A stretch of DNA of 39,641 bases, taken from the IMG/VR virus record IMGVR_UViG_3300033407_000385, positions 1 to 39,641 of that record, one strand, 5' to 3'. The notes under the pieces are model-generated. The model was given only the letters and a program-made list of their open reading frames with translations. It was not told where the DNA came from and ran no database searches. Positions 8,049-16,655 of the stretch are shown piece after piece. How positions within the stretch are numbered: the stretch's first letter is position 1; every line of letters starts with the position of its first letter. This stretch comes from a virus. Lineage: Duplodnaviria; Caudoviricetes. The translations under genes were made by a program, and so were the position numbers.

Positions 8049-8359
8049 CCACGGAGCAGTTTCTCCAGGTGCTCTCGTGGCACGTCGGCCAGGCGTACGG
8101 CATCACCGCCCGCGAGCTGGCCGAACGCTGCGGTATTGCCGAGCGCGAGGTGCGCCGCCACGTGAGCGAGCTGCGCGACGAGGGGATCGCCGTCTGCGCC
8201 CACCCGCGCACCGGGTACTTCATTGCGCAGACGCCCGCCGAGCTCGACATGGCGTGCAAGTACCTGCGCCGCCGCGCGCTGCACAGCCTCACCCTCGAAT
8301 CGCGGATGCGCAAGATTTCGATGGCCGAGCTGCTCGGCCAGATAAAGGTGCCGACATGA
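8045..8359 (+). CDS. Winged-HTH (HTH_11-like) protein
   Basis: ITARELAERCGIAEREVRRHVSELRDEGIAV...GYFIA; GGAGG RBS. Confidence 0.8.
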   Translation: MTTEQFLQVLSWHVGQAYGITARELAERCGIAEREVRRHVSELRDEGIAVCAHPRTGYFIAQTPAELDMACKYLRRRALHSLTLESRMRKISMAELLGQIKVPT

Positions 8360-8574
8360 AGCGCTGGACGTCGAAGCTCGCCGTCGCGCGCTCAAGACGC
8401 CAGTTAAATGCGGCCATCGAGCGACTGAGGAAAGTCAGCATCGAGTGGGATGACGTGGATCAGATCTTCGTGTTTCGTGCGGAGGATCTGATCGACGAGC
8501 TGGAGCAATTCGCGGACGAGATACGCGACGTAGTCCAGGAGCGCCTGGAAGCCGGCGAGGACATAGGGCTTTAA
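8356..8574 (+). CDS. Hypothetical protein (acidic helical C terminus)
   Basis: ATGA overlap; AAGGTG RBS. Confidence 0.6.
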   Translation: MKRWTSKLAVARSRRQLNAAIERLRKVSIEWDDVDQIFVFRAEDLIDELEQFADEIRDVVQERLEAGEDIGL

Positions 8575-8587
8575 CGGAGGTGAAAAG

Positions 8588-9118
8588 ATGGATTTATACG
8601 AAATTGAGGAGCTGACCGCGCAGTACAGCGAAGCGCGCGGCAAGCTGGCCGAGCTGGTCGGCGTTCTGCAGGCCGAGATCGAGGACGCCAAGCGCCGTCG
8701 AATCGCCGCCATCAAGCGCGCCGTTGCGGTCACGGCGGACAAGCACGCCGCACTGCATGCCGCGGTGGACGGCTCTCGCGAGCTGTTCGGCAAGCCGCGC
8801 ACCAGAACGTTTCACGGCGTGAAGGTGGGCCTGCAGAAGCAGCGCGGCCAGGTCGTCATCGACGACGAGGAACGCACCATTGCGCGCGCCCGCGCGCAGC
8901 TACCGGCGGACCAGGTAGAGCTGCTGGTGCGCGTGCGCGAGTCGGTGCACAAGCCCGCGGTGTACGACCTGGTCGCAAGCGACCTCAAACGCCTCGGCAT
9001 CAAGATCGAGGACGACGTCGACGCGGTAATCATCAAGCCGACAGACGGCGAAGTCGAGAAGCTGGTCAACGCGCTCCTTAAAGACGCCGAGCGGATCGAG
9101 GAGGAGCAGGCGGCGTAA
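8588..9118 (+). CDS. gam: Gam-like host-nuclease inhibitor (DNA end protection)
   Basis: Coiled-coil N terminus, then KPRTRTFHGVKVGLQK...ESVHKPAV...LKRLGIKIE; Mu early position; GGAGGT RBS. Confidence 0.72.
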   Translation: MDLYEIEELTAQYSEARGKLAELVGVLQAEIEDAKRRRIAAIKRAVAVTADKHAALHAAVDGSRELFGKPRTRTFHGVKVGLQKQRGQVVIDDEERTIARARAQLPADQVELLVRVRESVHKPAVYDLVASDLKRLGIKIEDDVDAVIIKPTDGEVEKLVNALLKDAERIEEEQAA

Positions 9119-9453
9119 TGGACCTAGTTGGCACCTGTCCGAAGGGTTTTTGGGCGGAATGGCTCGCGGAAGGTGACTGTGCGGGCGATCCGTGGAGCGG
9201 CGTGTATTACGACTGGGTCAGCGGGCATCCGTTCCTGCGACTCATCGAGCCCGATGATCGATTCTACGTGGTCGCGCACGGAAAGCTACGCGGATGGGCT
9301 CCAGTTGTCCGTATCGATGGCTGTTGCATCATTCGTGGTGGCGGCGCCGTTGCCTGCACGATAGCCGATCCGATCCCGGGCTTTCGCGGGCTGCGCAAGC
9401 GCTGGTGGCCGCGTGAGCGCGAGATTCCCTTCCAGGACTGGATGCGGCCGTGA
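9118..9453 (+). CDS. Hypothetical Trp/Cys-rich protein
   Basis: TAATG overlap; GAGGAG upstream. Confidence 0.65.
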   Translation: MDLVGTCPKGFWAEWLAEGDCAGDPWSGVYYDWVSGHPFLRLIEPDDRFYVVAHGKLRGWAPVVRIDGCCIIRGGGAVACTIADPIPGFRGLRKRWWPREREIPFQDWMRP

Positions 9454-9671
9454 GCGGCTACGGCCTGCACGAATGTCACTGGCCTGGTTGCACCGTGCGC
9501 GTGCCCACGGAGAAGTGGGGATGCGCATACCACTGGTACAAATTGCCGCGGCGCCTGCGGGAGACGCTCTGTTACGCGTGGTTTCATCGCGGCACGCGGG
9601 CGTACATGGCCGTGCACGACGAGATTTCCGAATGGTGTCGAGAGCACGCGGTTCGGGTGACCCCGCCATGA
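9450..9671 (+). CDS. Hypothetical zinc-finger-like protein
   Basis: HECHWPGC...WGCAYHW motif; coupled overlaps. Confidence 0.65.
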   Translation: MSGYGLHECHWPGCTVRVPTEKWGCAYHWYKLPRRLRETLCYAWFHRGTRAYMAVHDEISEWCREHAVRVTPP

Positions 9672-10102
9672 GCTCGAGAAACGCACAGCTCGCGAAGATC
9701 CACATCGCAAAGAAAGCGCTCGCGCTAGACGACGACGCCTACCGCAACATCCTCTGGACGATCGCGCGGGTCAGGAGCGCGCGCGACCTCGACGACGCCG
9801 GCCGGCGGCGTGTGTTGGATCACTTCCGCGCCTGCGGCTGGCGGCCGGCGCCCCGGGCAAAGCGCAGGCATCACGCCGGCGCGCCTCACAACATCGACTC
9901 CGAGGAGCGCGGCCCCATGCTGCGGAAGATCGAGGCGTACCTCGCCGAGGCTAAGCGGCCGTGGGCGTATGCGGACGGCATGGCCAGGCGGATGTTCCAC
10001 GTGGACCGCATCGCGCTCTGCAGCCCGGCGCAGCTCCACAACATCATCGCCGCGCTCGAGAAGGATGCGCGGCGCCACAACCGCTACCGGGGGCGCGCGT
10101 GA
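9668..10102 (+). CDS. gemA: GemA/Mu gp16-family protein (DUF1018)
   Basis: LAKIHIAKKALALDDDAYRNIL...SARDL signature. Confidence 0.88.
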   Translation: MSSRNAQLAKIHIAKKALALDDDAYRNILWTIARVRSARDLDDAGRRRVLDHFRACGWRPAPRAKRRHHAGAPHNIDSEERGPMLRKIEAYLAEAKRPWAYADGMARRMFHVDRIALCSPAQLHNIIAALEKDARRHNRYRGRA

Positions 10103-10470
10103 CGGCGTCGGCGAAACCGGAGACGCACGCAGTCGTGCTGCCGGATTCTCTGCACGAAATGACGGCCCTCGTCGGGATGTCAGACACGCTGAGGCTCGTC
10201 CGGGCATACGGTGGCACCCGGCTCTGGGTCCCCGCCGACATCACTCCCGACCATCCATTCTCGACGCTGCTGGGCCGCGCCCAGGCGCGGGCGATCTCGG
10301 CGCGATTTGGCAACACGTATATCGATATTCCGCGCTGCGCCGGTGTCGCCCGCGCCGCCCGCGACGCAGAAATCCAGCGCCGATACGCCAGCGGCGAGAC
10401 GCAAAACGCCATCGCGCTTGCATACGGGCTGACGGAACGCCGCGTCCGCGAGATCGTCAGCGCCAGGTGA
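10099..10470 (+). CDS. mor: Mor/C-family late transcription activator
   Basis: LVRAYGGTRLWVP...IDIPRC...RDAEIQRRY...IALAYGLTERRVREIV; last gene before the lysis cassette. Confidence 0.88.
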   Translation: MTASAKPETHAVVLPDSLHEMTALVGMSDTLRLVRAYGGTRLWVPADITPDHPFSTLLGRAQARAISARFGNTYIDIPRCAGVARAARDAEIQRRYASGETQNAIALAYGLTERRVREIVSAR

Positions 10471-10484
10471 ATTGAGCTCCGTCG

Positions 10485-10531
10485 AAGCGGAACCCCTTCC
10501 GCTACGTGTCGCCCGGCGCCAAACCTACAAT
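10485..10531 (+). promoter_or_regulatory. Activator-dependent late promoter (Plys-like)
   Basis: AAGCGGAA-CCCC-TTCCGCTACGTG dyad plus TACAAT -10 (10526-10531); no -35; same motif recurs at 19951. Confidence 0.8.
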
Positions 10532-10539
10532 CTGCCCGC

Positions 10540-11064
10540 ATGGGACGCCGGCGCGAAATTTCCGACATCGACACCATCGTCATCCACTGCGCGGCGACGT
10601 ATAACGGCATGCCCGTGACCGCGGCCGAGATCGACGGATGGCACCAGCAGCGCGGATTCCGGCGCGACATGGCCATCGATCCCGATCATGCGCCAAAGCT
10701 CCGGCACATCGGCTACCACCTGGTGATCCTGCTGGACGGGTCCGTGCAGCGCGGCCGGCCGTTGATCGAGTCCGGCGCGCACGTGCGCGGCCACAACGCG
10801 CGCAGCATCGGCATCTGCATGATCGGCACCGACGCATTCGCGCCGGCACAGTGGCGCGCGCTCGCCGTGGAGGTTGGGGATCTGCGCCGGCGCATTCCTG
10901 AGTTGCGCGTCGTCGGCCACCGCGATCTGTCGCCGGACATCGACGGCGACGGCACCGTCGAGCCGCACGAATGGCTCAAGACCTGTCCCGGGTTCGAGGT
11001 GGCCGCCTGGCTCGCCTTCGGCATGCAGCCGCTGCAGGGGCACGTGCTGGGGGAGACCGGATGA
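10540..11064 (+). CDS. Endolysin, N-acetylmuramoyl-L-alanine amidase (T7 lysozyme-like)
   Basis: IVIHCAAT, IGYHLVI, GAHVRGHN, SIGICMIG, GHRDLSPD, KTCPGF motifs. Confidence 0.95.
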   Translation: MGRRREISDIDTIVIHCAATYNGMPVTAAEIDGWHQQRGFRRDMAIDPDHAPKLRHIGYHLVILLDGSVQRGRPLIESGAHVRGHNARSIGICMIGTDAFAPAQWRALAVEVGDLRRRIPELRVVGHRDLSPDIDGDGTVEPHEWLKTCPGFEVAAWLAFGMQPLQGHVLGETG

Positions 11065-11393
11065 GCCGGATAACCGGTGTACGAATCGGGGCAGCGCTCG
11101 CACTCGCGGGCGTCCTCGCATGTTCGGGCGCGACGGCCTCGCCTGCGCCGTCCCAGGGAGCAGGGTCGTCGCGACAGGCGCCACCTGCCGGTGCGCCGGT
11201 GATTCTGCCCGGCCTGTTGATCCCGGTGGCCGGCGGCAGCATCGCGTGCCAGGGGCGGCTGCCGGATGACCTCACCTGTTATCGCATTGTCGAGCCGGCG
11301 TTCCGATGCGTGGCGAAACTGCCGCGCATCCATTGCAGCGAGGTGAAGGACCCGTCCGGGGATCCAACCGAGCAGGAGGGCACTGACCGGTGA
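11061..11393 (+). CDS. Exported/lipoprotein-like hypothetical protein in the lysis cassette
   Basis: Signal-like N terminus ending GVLAC-S; Pro-rich linker; four further Cys. Confidence 0.55.
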   Translation: MSRITGVRIGAALALAGVLACSGATASPAPSQGAGSSRQAPPAGAPVILPGLLIPVAGGSIACQGRLPDDLTCYRIVEPAFRCVAKLPRIHCSEVKDPSGDPTEQEGTDR

Positions 11394-11932
11394 GTTTCCT
11401 CAGCAATCTGATCGGAGGCGGCGCCAAGGGGATTATCGAGGGCGTTGCCGAGGCCGCGGACCGCTTCATCACCACCGGCGACGAAAAAAACAAGTTCGTC
11501 GTCGAGGTCGAGAAGCTGGTCACCGAGCGCATGGGAATGATGGAGCAAAGCGCCCGGGACACCGTCAAGGCGCGCATGGAAGTGATCGTGGCCGAGCTGC
11601 AGCACGGCGACGAGTACACCAAGCGCACGCGCCCCATGATTGCCCGTTGGGGGCTGTACACCATCATGTGGAATCACGCGGCGGTCCCGACGCTGGGCGG
11701 CCTGGTCAAGTTCGCGCTCGCCGCCGCCGGCTCGGACATTGCGGCCGCGGTCAACGTCGCTCCTATCGACCTGCCCACCGAGTTCTGGGTGGCGTGGGGC
11801 GGCATCGTCGGCACGTATGCCGTCGGCAGAAGTTTCGAGAAATTCGGCGTGCGCAACCCGCTCACAAGCGCCGCCACCGGTACCCCTTCACCGGAGGGCG
11901 TGGCCGACCGGGTCCTCCGAGGGCTGGGATAG
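11390..11932 (+). CDS. Holin, 3TM (GTA holin-like) family
   Basis: RFITTGDEK, RTRPMIA, hydrophobic segments, YAVGRSFEK motif. Confidence 0.75.
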   Translation: MSFLSNLIGGGAKGIIEGVAEAADRFITTGDEKNKFVVEVEKLVTERMGMMEQSARDTVKARMEVIVAELQHGDEYTKRTRPMIARWGLYTIMWNHAAVPTLGGLVKFALAAAGSDIAAAVNVAPIDLPTEFWVAWGGIVGTYAVGRSFEKFGVRNPLTSAATGTPSPEGVADRVLRGLG

Positions 11933-11947
11933 CCGAGCGCCGGGACA

Positions 11948-12169
11948 TTGGACGACGCCGACCGCGCCCAGGTGCTGGAGGAAATGGAGAGAGACGCGGC
12001 TTTAACGGCCGTTTTGGCGCGCCACAAATCAGGCCAGGCGAAGGCCGGCAACGGCGCGTGCGAGGACTGCGGCAGCCGGATCCCGGCAGCGCGCCGGCTG
12101 GCGGTGCCGTGGGCGACGCGCTGCGTCGAGTGCGCATCGATCGCCGAGCGTAACGGGGGACACACATGA
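11948..12169 (+). CDS. TraR/DksA C4-type zinc-finger protein
   Basis: DDADRAQ N-terminal motif; CEDCGSRIPAARRLAVPWATRCVEC. Confidence 0.88.
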   Translation: MDDADRAQVLEEMERDAALTAVLARHKSGQAKAGNGACEDCGSRIPAARRLAVPWATRCVECASIAERNGGHT

Positions 12170-12396
12170 CACCGAGCATCGGACGAATCGTCATCTACAG
12201 GCAGCCCGACACGGAGCTGCCAATCAACGGGACGCGGGAGCACCCGGCGATCGTCACCCGCGCGTGGAGCGAGCGCTGCGTGAACCTGACGGTGTTTCTT
12301 GACGGATGCTCTCCGGTACCGGTGACCTCGGTCGAGCGCATCGACGACGGCACGCCCGATCAGCAGGCGGGCTGGCGCTGGCCGGAGAGGACGTGA
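12166..12396 (+). CDS. Hypothetical conserved phage protein
   Basis: PSIGRIVIY...PAIVTRAW...VNLTVF...WRWPER; coupled overlaps. Confidence 0.7.
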   Translation: MTPSIGRIVIYRQPDTELPINGTREHPAIVTRAWSERCVNLTVFLDGCSPVPVTSVERIDDGTPDQQAGWRWPERT

Positions 12397-12761
12397 ACCC
12401 TGACGTGCTCAAGGGCGCGCTCGAGGCTGCGCAGCTCGCCATCACGCTGGCGGGCTGGCTCGTGGCCTGGTACGTGGCGCGCTCGCGCGCGACGCGGGCG
12501 AGTATCGCCGAGCTGGACAAGCGCCTGGACGATACGGCCGAGCGCATCGTGCGCGTGGAGAAGGACCTCGAGCACGCCCCGACCCGCGAGGACATCGCCG
12601 CGCTGTACGACACGATCAAGCCTATCGATCGCCAGCTCGCGGGCCTGGCTGCGAGCGTCGGCGCCATGCAGGGCACGTTGGAGTCGGTGGGCCGCGGCGT
12701 GCAGATGGTGCAGGACTACCTGCTCAACCGCTCCGGGTTCGATCTCAAGGGAGGCCGCTGA
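12393..12761 (+). CDS. Mu gp25-like (DUF2730) membrane-anchored coiled-coil protein
   Basis: N-terminal TM segment; RIVRVEKDLEHAPTREDI motif; position. Confidence 0.75.
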   Translation: MNPDVLKGALEAAQLAITLAGWLVAWYVARSRATRASIAELDKRLDDTAERIVRVEKDLEHAPTREDIAALYDTIKPIDRQLAGLAASVGAMQGTLESVGRGVQMVQDYLLNRSGFDLKGGR

Positions 12762-13060
12762 TGGTGTTCGGCAAATATCTCACCGAGGGCCGCCGCCTGG
12801 TGATCCTGAGACTGCTGTCGCAGGCGCCGGAGTACGAGCTGAGCGACGCGATGATCCAGGAGCTACTCGATAGATTCGGCCACAACGTCTCGCGCGACCG
12901 CGTGCGCACCGACCTCGCCTGGCTCGCCGAGCAGGGCCTGGTGACCACAATCGACGTCGCCGAGCACGTCGTCACCGCCACCGTCACCAGGCTCGGCTTC
13001 GACTGTGCCGCGGGACGCCACGTCGTGCCGGGAGTCAAGCGCCCGGGGCCGCTGGGCTGA
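12761..13060 (+). CDS. Mu gp26-like winged-HTH protein
   Basis: RRLVILRLL...SRDRVRTDLAWLAEQGLV...PGVKRPGP. Confidence 0.85.
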   Translation: MVFGKYLTEGRRLVILRLLSQAPEYELSDAMIQELLDRFGHNVSRDRVRTDLAWLAEQGLVTTIDVAEHVVTATVTRLGFDCAAGRHVVPGVKRPGPLG

Positions 13061-13063
13061 CAC

Positions 13064-13606
13064 GTGCCGCGTAAGTCCTCCATCCTGAAGCTCGATCCGG
13101 AGCTACGCGATGCGCTAGACCGGCTGCTGCGCGAGGGCCGGCTCAGCCAGCGCGAGATAGCGGAGCGCGTCAACGCGATGGCCGGGGAGCAGGTGATCAG
13201 CAAGAGCGCGGTCAATCGCTACTCGATGCGCATGGAGGAGGTGGGCGCGAAGCTCAGGCAGATGCGCGAGGTCTCCCAGCAGTGGATCGGCGAGCTCGGC
13301 ACCATCCCCGAAGGCGAGGTCGGCCGGCTGCTGATCGAGGTGGTGCGCGGCCTCGCCTGGGACACCGCCACCCGGCTTTCCGAGGGCGAGGAGCCGCCGC
13401 CGCCGAAGCTCATTCGCGAGCTTTCCGTCGCCGTCGAGCGCCTGCAGCGATCGGCCAGGAGCTCGCTCGACTACGAGCGCGAGATCCGCCGCCAGGTGGC
13501 CGAGCAGGCGAGCGAGGCCGTCGAGCGCGAGGGACGACGCCAGGGCGCGAGCACTGCCACCATCGACGCGCTGCGCGCGGCCATCGGTCAGGAGCTCTCG
13601 GCGTGA
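13064..13606 (+). CDS. Mu gp27-like (DUF3486) small terminase subunit
   Basis: PRKSSILKL...ISKSAVNRY; directly upstream of the large terminase. Confidence 0.85.
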   Translation: MPRKSSILKLDPELRDALDRLLREGRLSQREIAERVNAMAGEQVISKSAVNRYSMRMEEVGAKLRQMREVSQQWIGELGTIPEGEVGRLLIEVVRGLAWDTATRLSEGEEPPPPKLIRELSVAVERLQRSARSSLDYEREIRRQVAEQASEAVEREGRRQGASTATIDALRAAIGQELSA

Positions 13607-15141
13607 GCGCGTCGATCCTGCTGCCGTACCAGGCGCGCTGGACCGCGGATCGCTCGCCGGTGAAGATCGGCGAGAAGAGCCGGCGTATCGGGTGGAGCTA
13701 TTGCGAGGCGTCGGACAGCGTTCTCCATGCCGCCGACGGCGAGCGCGGGGCGAACGTGTATTACATCTCCTACGACAAGGAGATGACCGCGGGCTTCATC
13801 CAGGACTGCGCGACCTGGGCGCGCGCGTTCCACGTCGCCGCCGGCGCGATCGGCGAGCAGGTGCTGACGCGCGACGACGGGCGCGACATCCACGTCTACG
13901 ACATCGCGTTCGACTCCGGGCACCGGATCCAGACGTTCTCGTCCAATCCTCGCAACCTGCGCAGCAAGGGACGGCCGGGCGAGCGCCTGGTCATCGACGA
14001 GGCGGCGTTCGTCGACGATCTCGAGGAGCTGCTGAAAGCCGCGCTGGCGATGACCATGTGGGGCGGCAGCGTGCACATCTTCAGCACGCACAACGGCGAC
14101 GACAACCCGTTCAACACACTCATCCAGGACGCGCGCGCCGGGCGCAACGATTATCCGGTACATCGCGTCACTCTGGACGACGCGATCAGTGACGGGCTGT
14201 TCCGCCGGATCTGCGAGGTCACCGGACGGGCGTGGTCGCCCGAGGCGGAACGCGAGTGGCGCGAGTCGCTGATCCGCCGCTACCGCCCGAACGAGGACGA
14301 GGAGCTGTTCTGCATCCCGGCGCTCGGCGGTGGCACCTACCTCCCGCGCGAGCTGGTCGAGGCGTGCATGGCCGATGCGCCGCTCGTCCGATTCGACGGC
14401 TCGCGCGCTTTCAATCTATTGCCCGAGCCCGCGCGCGCGGCCGAGATCGACGACTGGCTCGCCGAGGTGGTGCGCCCCGTGCTCGCAGGTCTCGACCGCG
14501 GCCGGCGCCACGTCTTCGGCATGGACTTCGCCCGCTCGGGCGATATGACCTGTATCGTGCCCCTCGAGCTGGGCGCCGATCTGCGCAAGCGCTGGCCGTT
14601 CGTGCTCGAGATGCACAACGTGCCGTACCGGCAGCAGTCGCAGGTCATGCGCGCCGTGGGCAACGCGCTGCCGCGGTTCTCGGGCTGCGCGATCGACGCC
14701 ACCGGCAACGGCGGGTTCGTCGCCGAGGACGCGCGCGACGAGTGGGGCTCGCTGGTCGTCGACGAAGTGCACTTCACCGAGGAGTTCTACCGCACCGAGT
14801 TCCCGCGCTACAAGGCCAGTCTCGAGGATCGCATGACCATCATCGTGCGCCACGACGACGTGCTCGAGGACCACCGCGCGGTGAAGCTCATCCGCGGCGT
14901 GCCGCGGGTGCCGCCGGCGAAGACCGACAAGAAGGGCGAGCGCCACGGCGACAGTGCGATCGCGGGGCTTCTGGCCGACTACGCGGCGCGCCGCGACGTC
15001 GCGCCCATCGATTTCGAGAGCGCGGGGCCGAGCGAGAGTATGGCCGGACTCGACGGCTGGACCGGCGCCGGCGCGCACGACGCGTACCGCGATGCCGGCT
15101 TCGGCACCGTCGCCGGCGACAACGATTTCAGGGGGTGGTGA
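13603..15141 (+). CDS. Terminase large subunit (Mu gp28-like)
   Basis: LLPYQ, EKSRRIGWS, LVIDEAAF, STHNG, GMDFARSGD, HGDSAIA. Confidence 0.95.
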   Translation: MSASILLPYQARWTADRSPVKIGEKSRRIGWSYCEASDSVLHAADGERGANVYYISYDKEMTAGFIQDCATWARAFHVAAGAIGEQVLTRDDGRDIHVYDIAFDSGHRIQTFSSNPRNLRSKGRPGERLVIDEAAFVDDLEELLKAALAMTMWGGSVHIFSTHNGDDNPFNTLIQDARAGRNDYPVHRVTLDDAISDGLFRRICEVTGRAWSPEAEREWRESLIRRYRPNEDEELFCIPALGGGTYLPRELVEACMADAPLVRFDGSRAFNLLPEPARAAEIDDWLAEVVRPVLAGLDRGRRHVFGMDFARSGDMTCIVPLELGADLRKRWPFVLEMHNVPYRQQSQVMRAVGNALPRFSGCAIDATGNGGFVAEDARDEWGSLVVDEVHFTEEFYRTEFPRYKASLEDRMTIIVRHDDVLEDHRAVKLIRGVPRVPPAKTDKKGERHGDSAIAGLLADYAARRDVAPIDFESAGPSESMAGLDGWTGAGAHDAYRDAGFGTVAGDNDFRGW

Positions 15142-16652
15142 TGGAGTACGTGCGCACAGGCAGCGGCGTGCTCGTGCCCGAGGCGGCATTCGCGGAGGCG
15201 CCGGAGAATCGCGAAATCGCCACCACGGCAGACGGGCGCGACGTCACCCGCGGCTTCGTCGACGCGCTCGATCTGCTGACCACGCAGGACACCGTGCTCG
15301 CGGGGCGCGGGATCGATCTGCGCATCTACGAGGAGCTGCTGCGCGACGACCAGGTGGCGGCGTGCTTCGGCCAGCGGCGCATGAGCCTGCTGGCGGCCGA
15401 GTGGGAGGTGGAGCCGGGCGGCGAGCGGCGCATCGACCGCAAGGCGGCCGAATCGCTCAAGGCGCAGCTCGACGAGGTGGGCTTCGACCGGATCACCGAC
15501 CGGATGCTCTACTCCATTATCTACGGCTACAGCGTCGGCGAGTGCCTGTGGGCGCGCGACGGCGACGAGGTGGTGCTCGCGGATCTCAAGGTGCGCAAGG
15601 CGCGCCGGTTCGCCTTCGCGCCCGACATGAGCCTGCGCCTGCTCACGTCGCGCAACACGCGCGGCGAGGCGTTGCCCGATCGCAAGTTCTGGGTGGTGGC
15701 GACCGGCGCGGACAACGACGACGAGCCGTACGGGCTCGGCCTCGGTCACCAGCTCTACTGGCCGGTGCTCTTCAAGCGCAACGACATCAAGTTCTGGCTC
15801 GTCTTCCTGGAAAAATTCGGAATGCCGACCAGCAAGGGCACCTATCCGCCGAACGCGCAGCCGCAGGAGAAACAGAAGCTGCTGGCCGCGGTGCGCGCGA
15901 TCCGCAGCGACAGCGGTATCATCGTCCCGGAAGGCATGATGATCGAGCTTATCGAGGCGGCGCGCTCGGGCACCGCGGACTACAAGGAGCTCTGCGCGCG
16001 CATGGATTCGGCCATCGCCAAGGTGGTTCTCGGCCAGACCGCGAGCAGCGAGGGAACGCCCGGCCGGCTCGGCAACGACGAGCTGCAGGGCGACGTGCTC
16101 GCCAGCGTGGTCAAGGCCGACGCGGATCTCATTTGCGGCTCGTTCAATCGCACCGTCGTGCGCTGGCTCACCGACTGGAACTACCCAGGCGCCGAGTACC
16201 CGCGCGTGTGGCGCGTGCTCGAGGCGCCCGAAGACCTCAACGGGCTTGCCGAGCGCGACGAGCGGCTCGCGGGTATCGGCTACCGACCGACGGCAGAGCG
16301 CATCGCCGAGGTGTACGGGGACGGATACGAGGAGGCGGCGCCGCCGCCGGATGCGGCGTCACCGCCCGCGGCGCCGGCGCCGGACGACGCGAGTTTCGCG
16401 GAGCGCGATGCGGAGCGCGATGCGGCCGACGTCCTCGCCGACAGGCTCGAGACGGACGCCGGCCCGCTCGTCGACGATCTGATCGAGCCCGTGCGGCGCC
16501 TGGTGATGGAGGCCGATTCATTGGAGGCCGTGCGCGACGGTCTGCTCGAGCTCTACGCGGAGATGGACCCGGCCGAGCTCGGCACGCTGATGCAGCGCGC
16601 GCTCATGGCCGCGGAGATGGCGGGACGCTTCGACCTAGACGCCGGGGACTGA
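15141..16652 (+). CDS. Portal protein (Mu gp29/DUF935)
   Basis: PYGLGL...YWPVLFKR...FLEKFGMP...IAKVVLGQT. Confidence 0.93.
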   Translation: MEYVRTGSGVLVPEAAFAEAPENREIATTADGRDVTRGFVDALDLLTTQDTVLAGRGIDLRIYEELLRDDQVAACFGQRRMSLLAAEWEVEPGGERRIDRKAAESLKAQLDEVGFDRITDRMLYSIIYGYSVGECLWARDGDEVVLADLKVRKARRFAFAPDMSLRLLTSRNTRGEALPDRKFWVVATGADNDDEPYGLGLGHQLYWPVLFKRNDIKFWLVFLEKFGMPTSKGTYPPNAQPQEKQKLLAAVRAIRSDSGIIVPEGMMIELIEAARSGTADYKELCARMDSAIAKVVLGQTASSEGTPGRLGNDELQGDVLASVVKADADLICGSFNRTVVRWLTDWNYPGAEYPRVWRVLEAPEDLNGLAERDERLAGIGYRPTAERIAEVYGDGYEEAAPPPDAASPPAAPAPDDASFAERDAERDAADVLADRLETDAGPLVDDLIEPVRRLVMEADSLEAVRDGLLELYAEMDPAELGTLMQRALMAAEMAGRFDLDAGD

Positions 16653-16655
16653 TCG

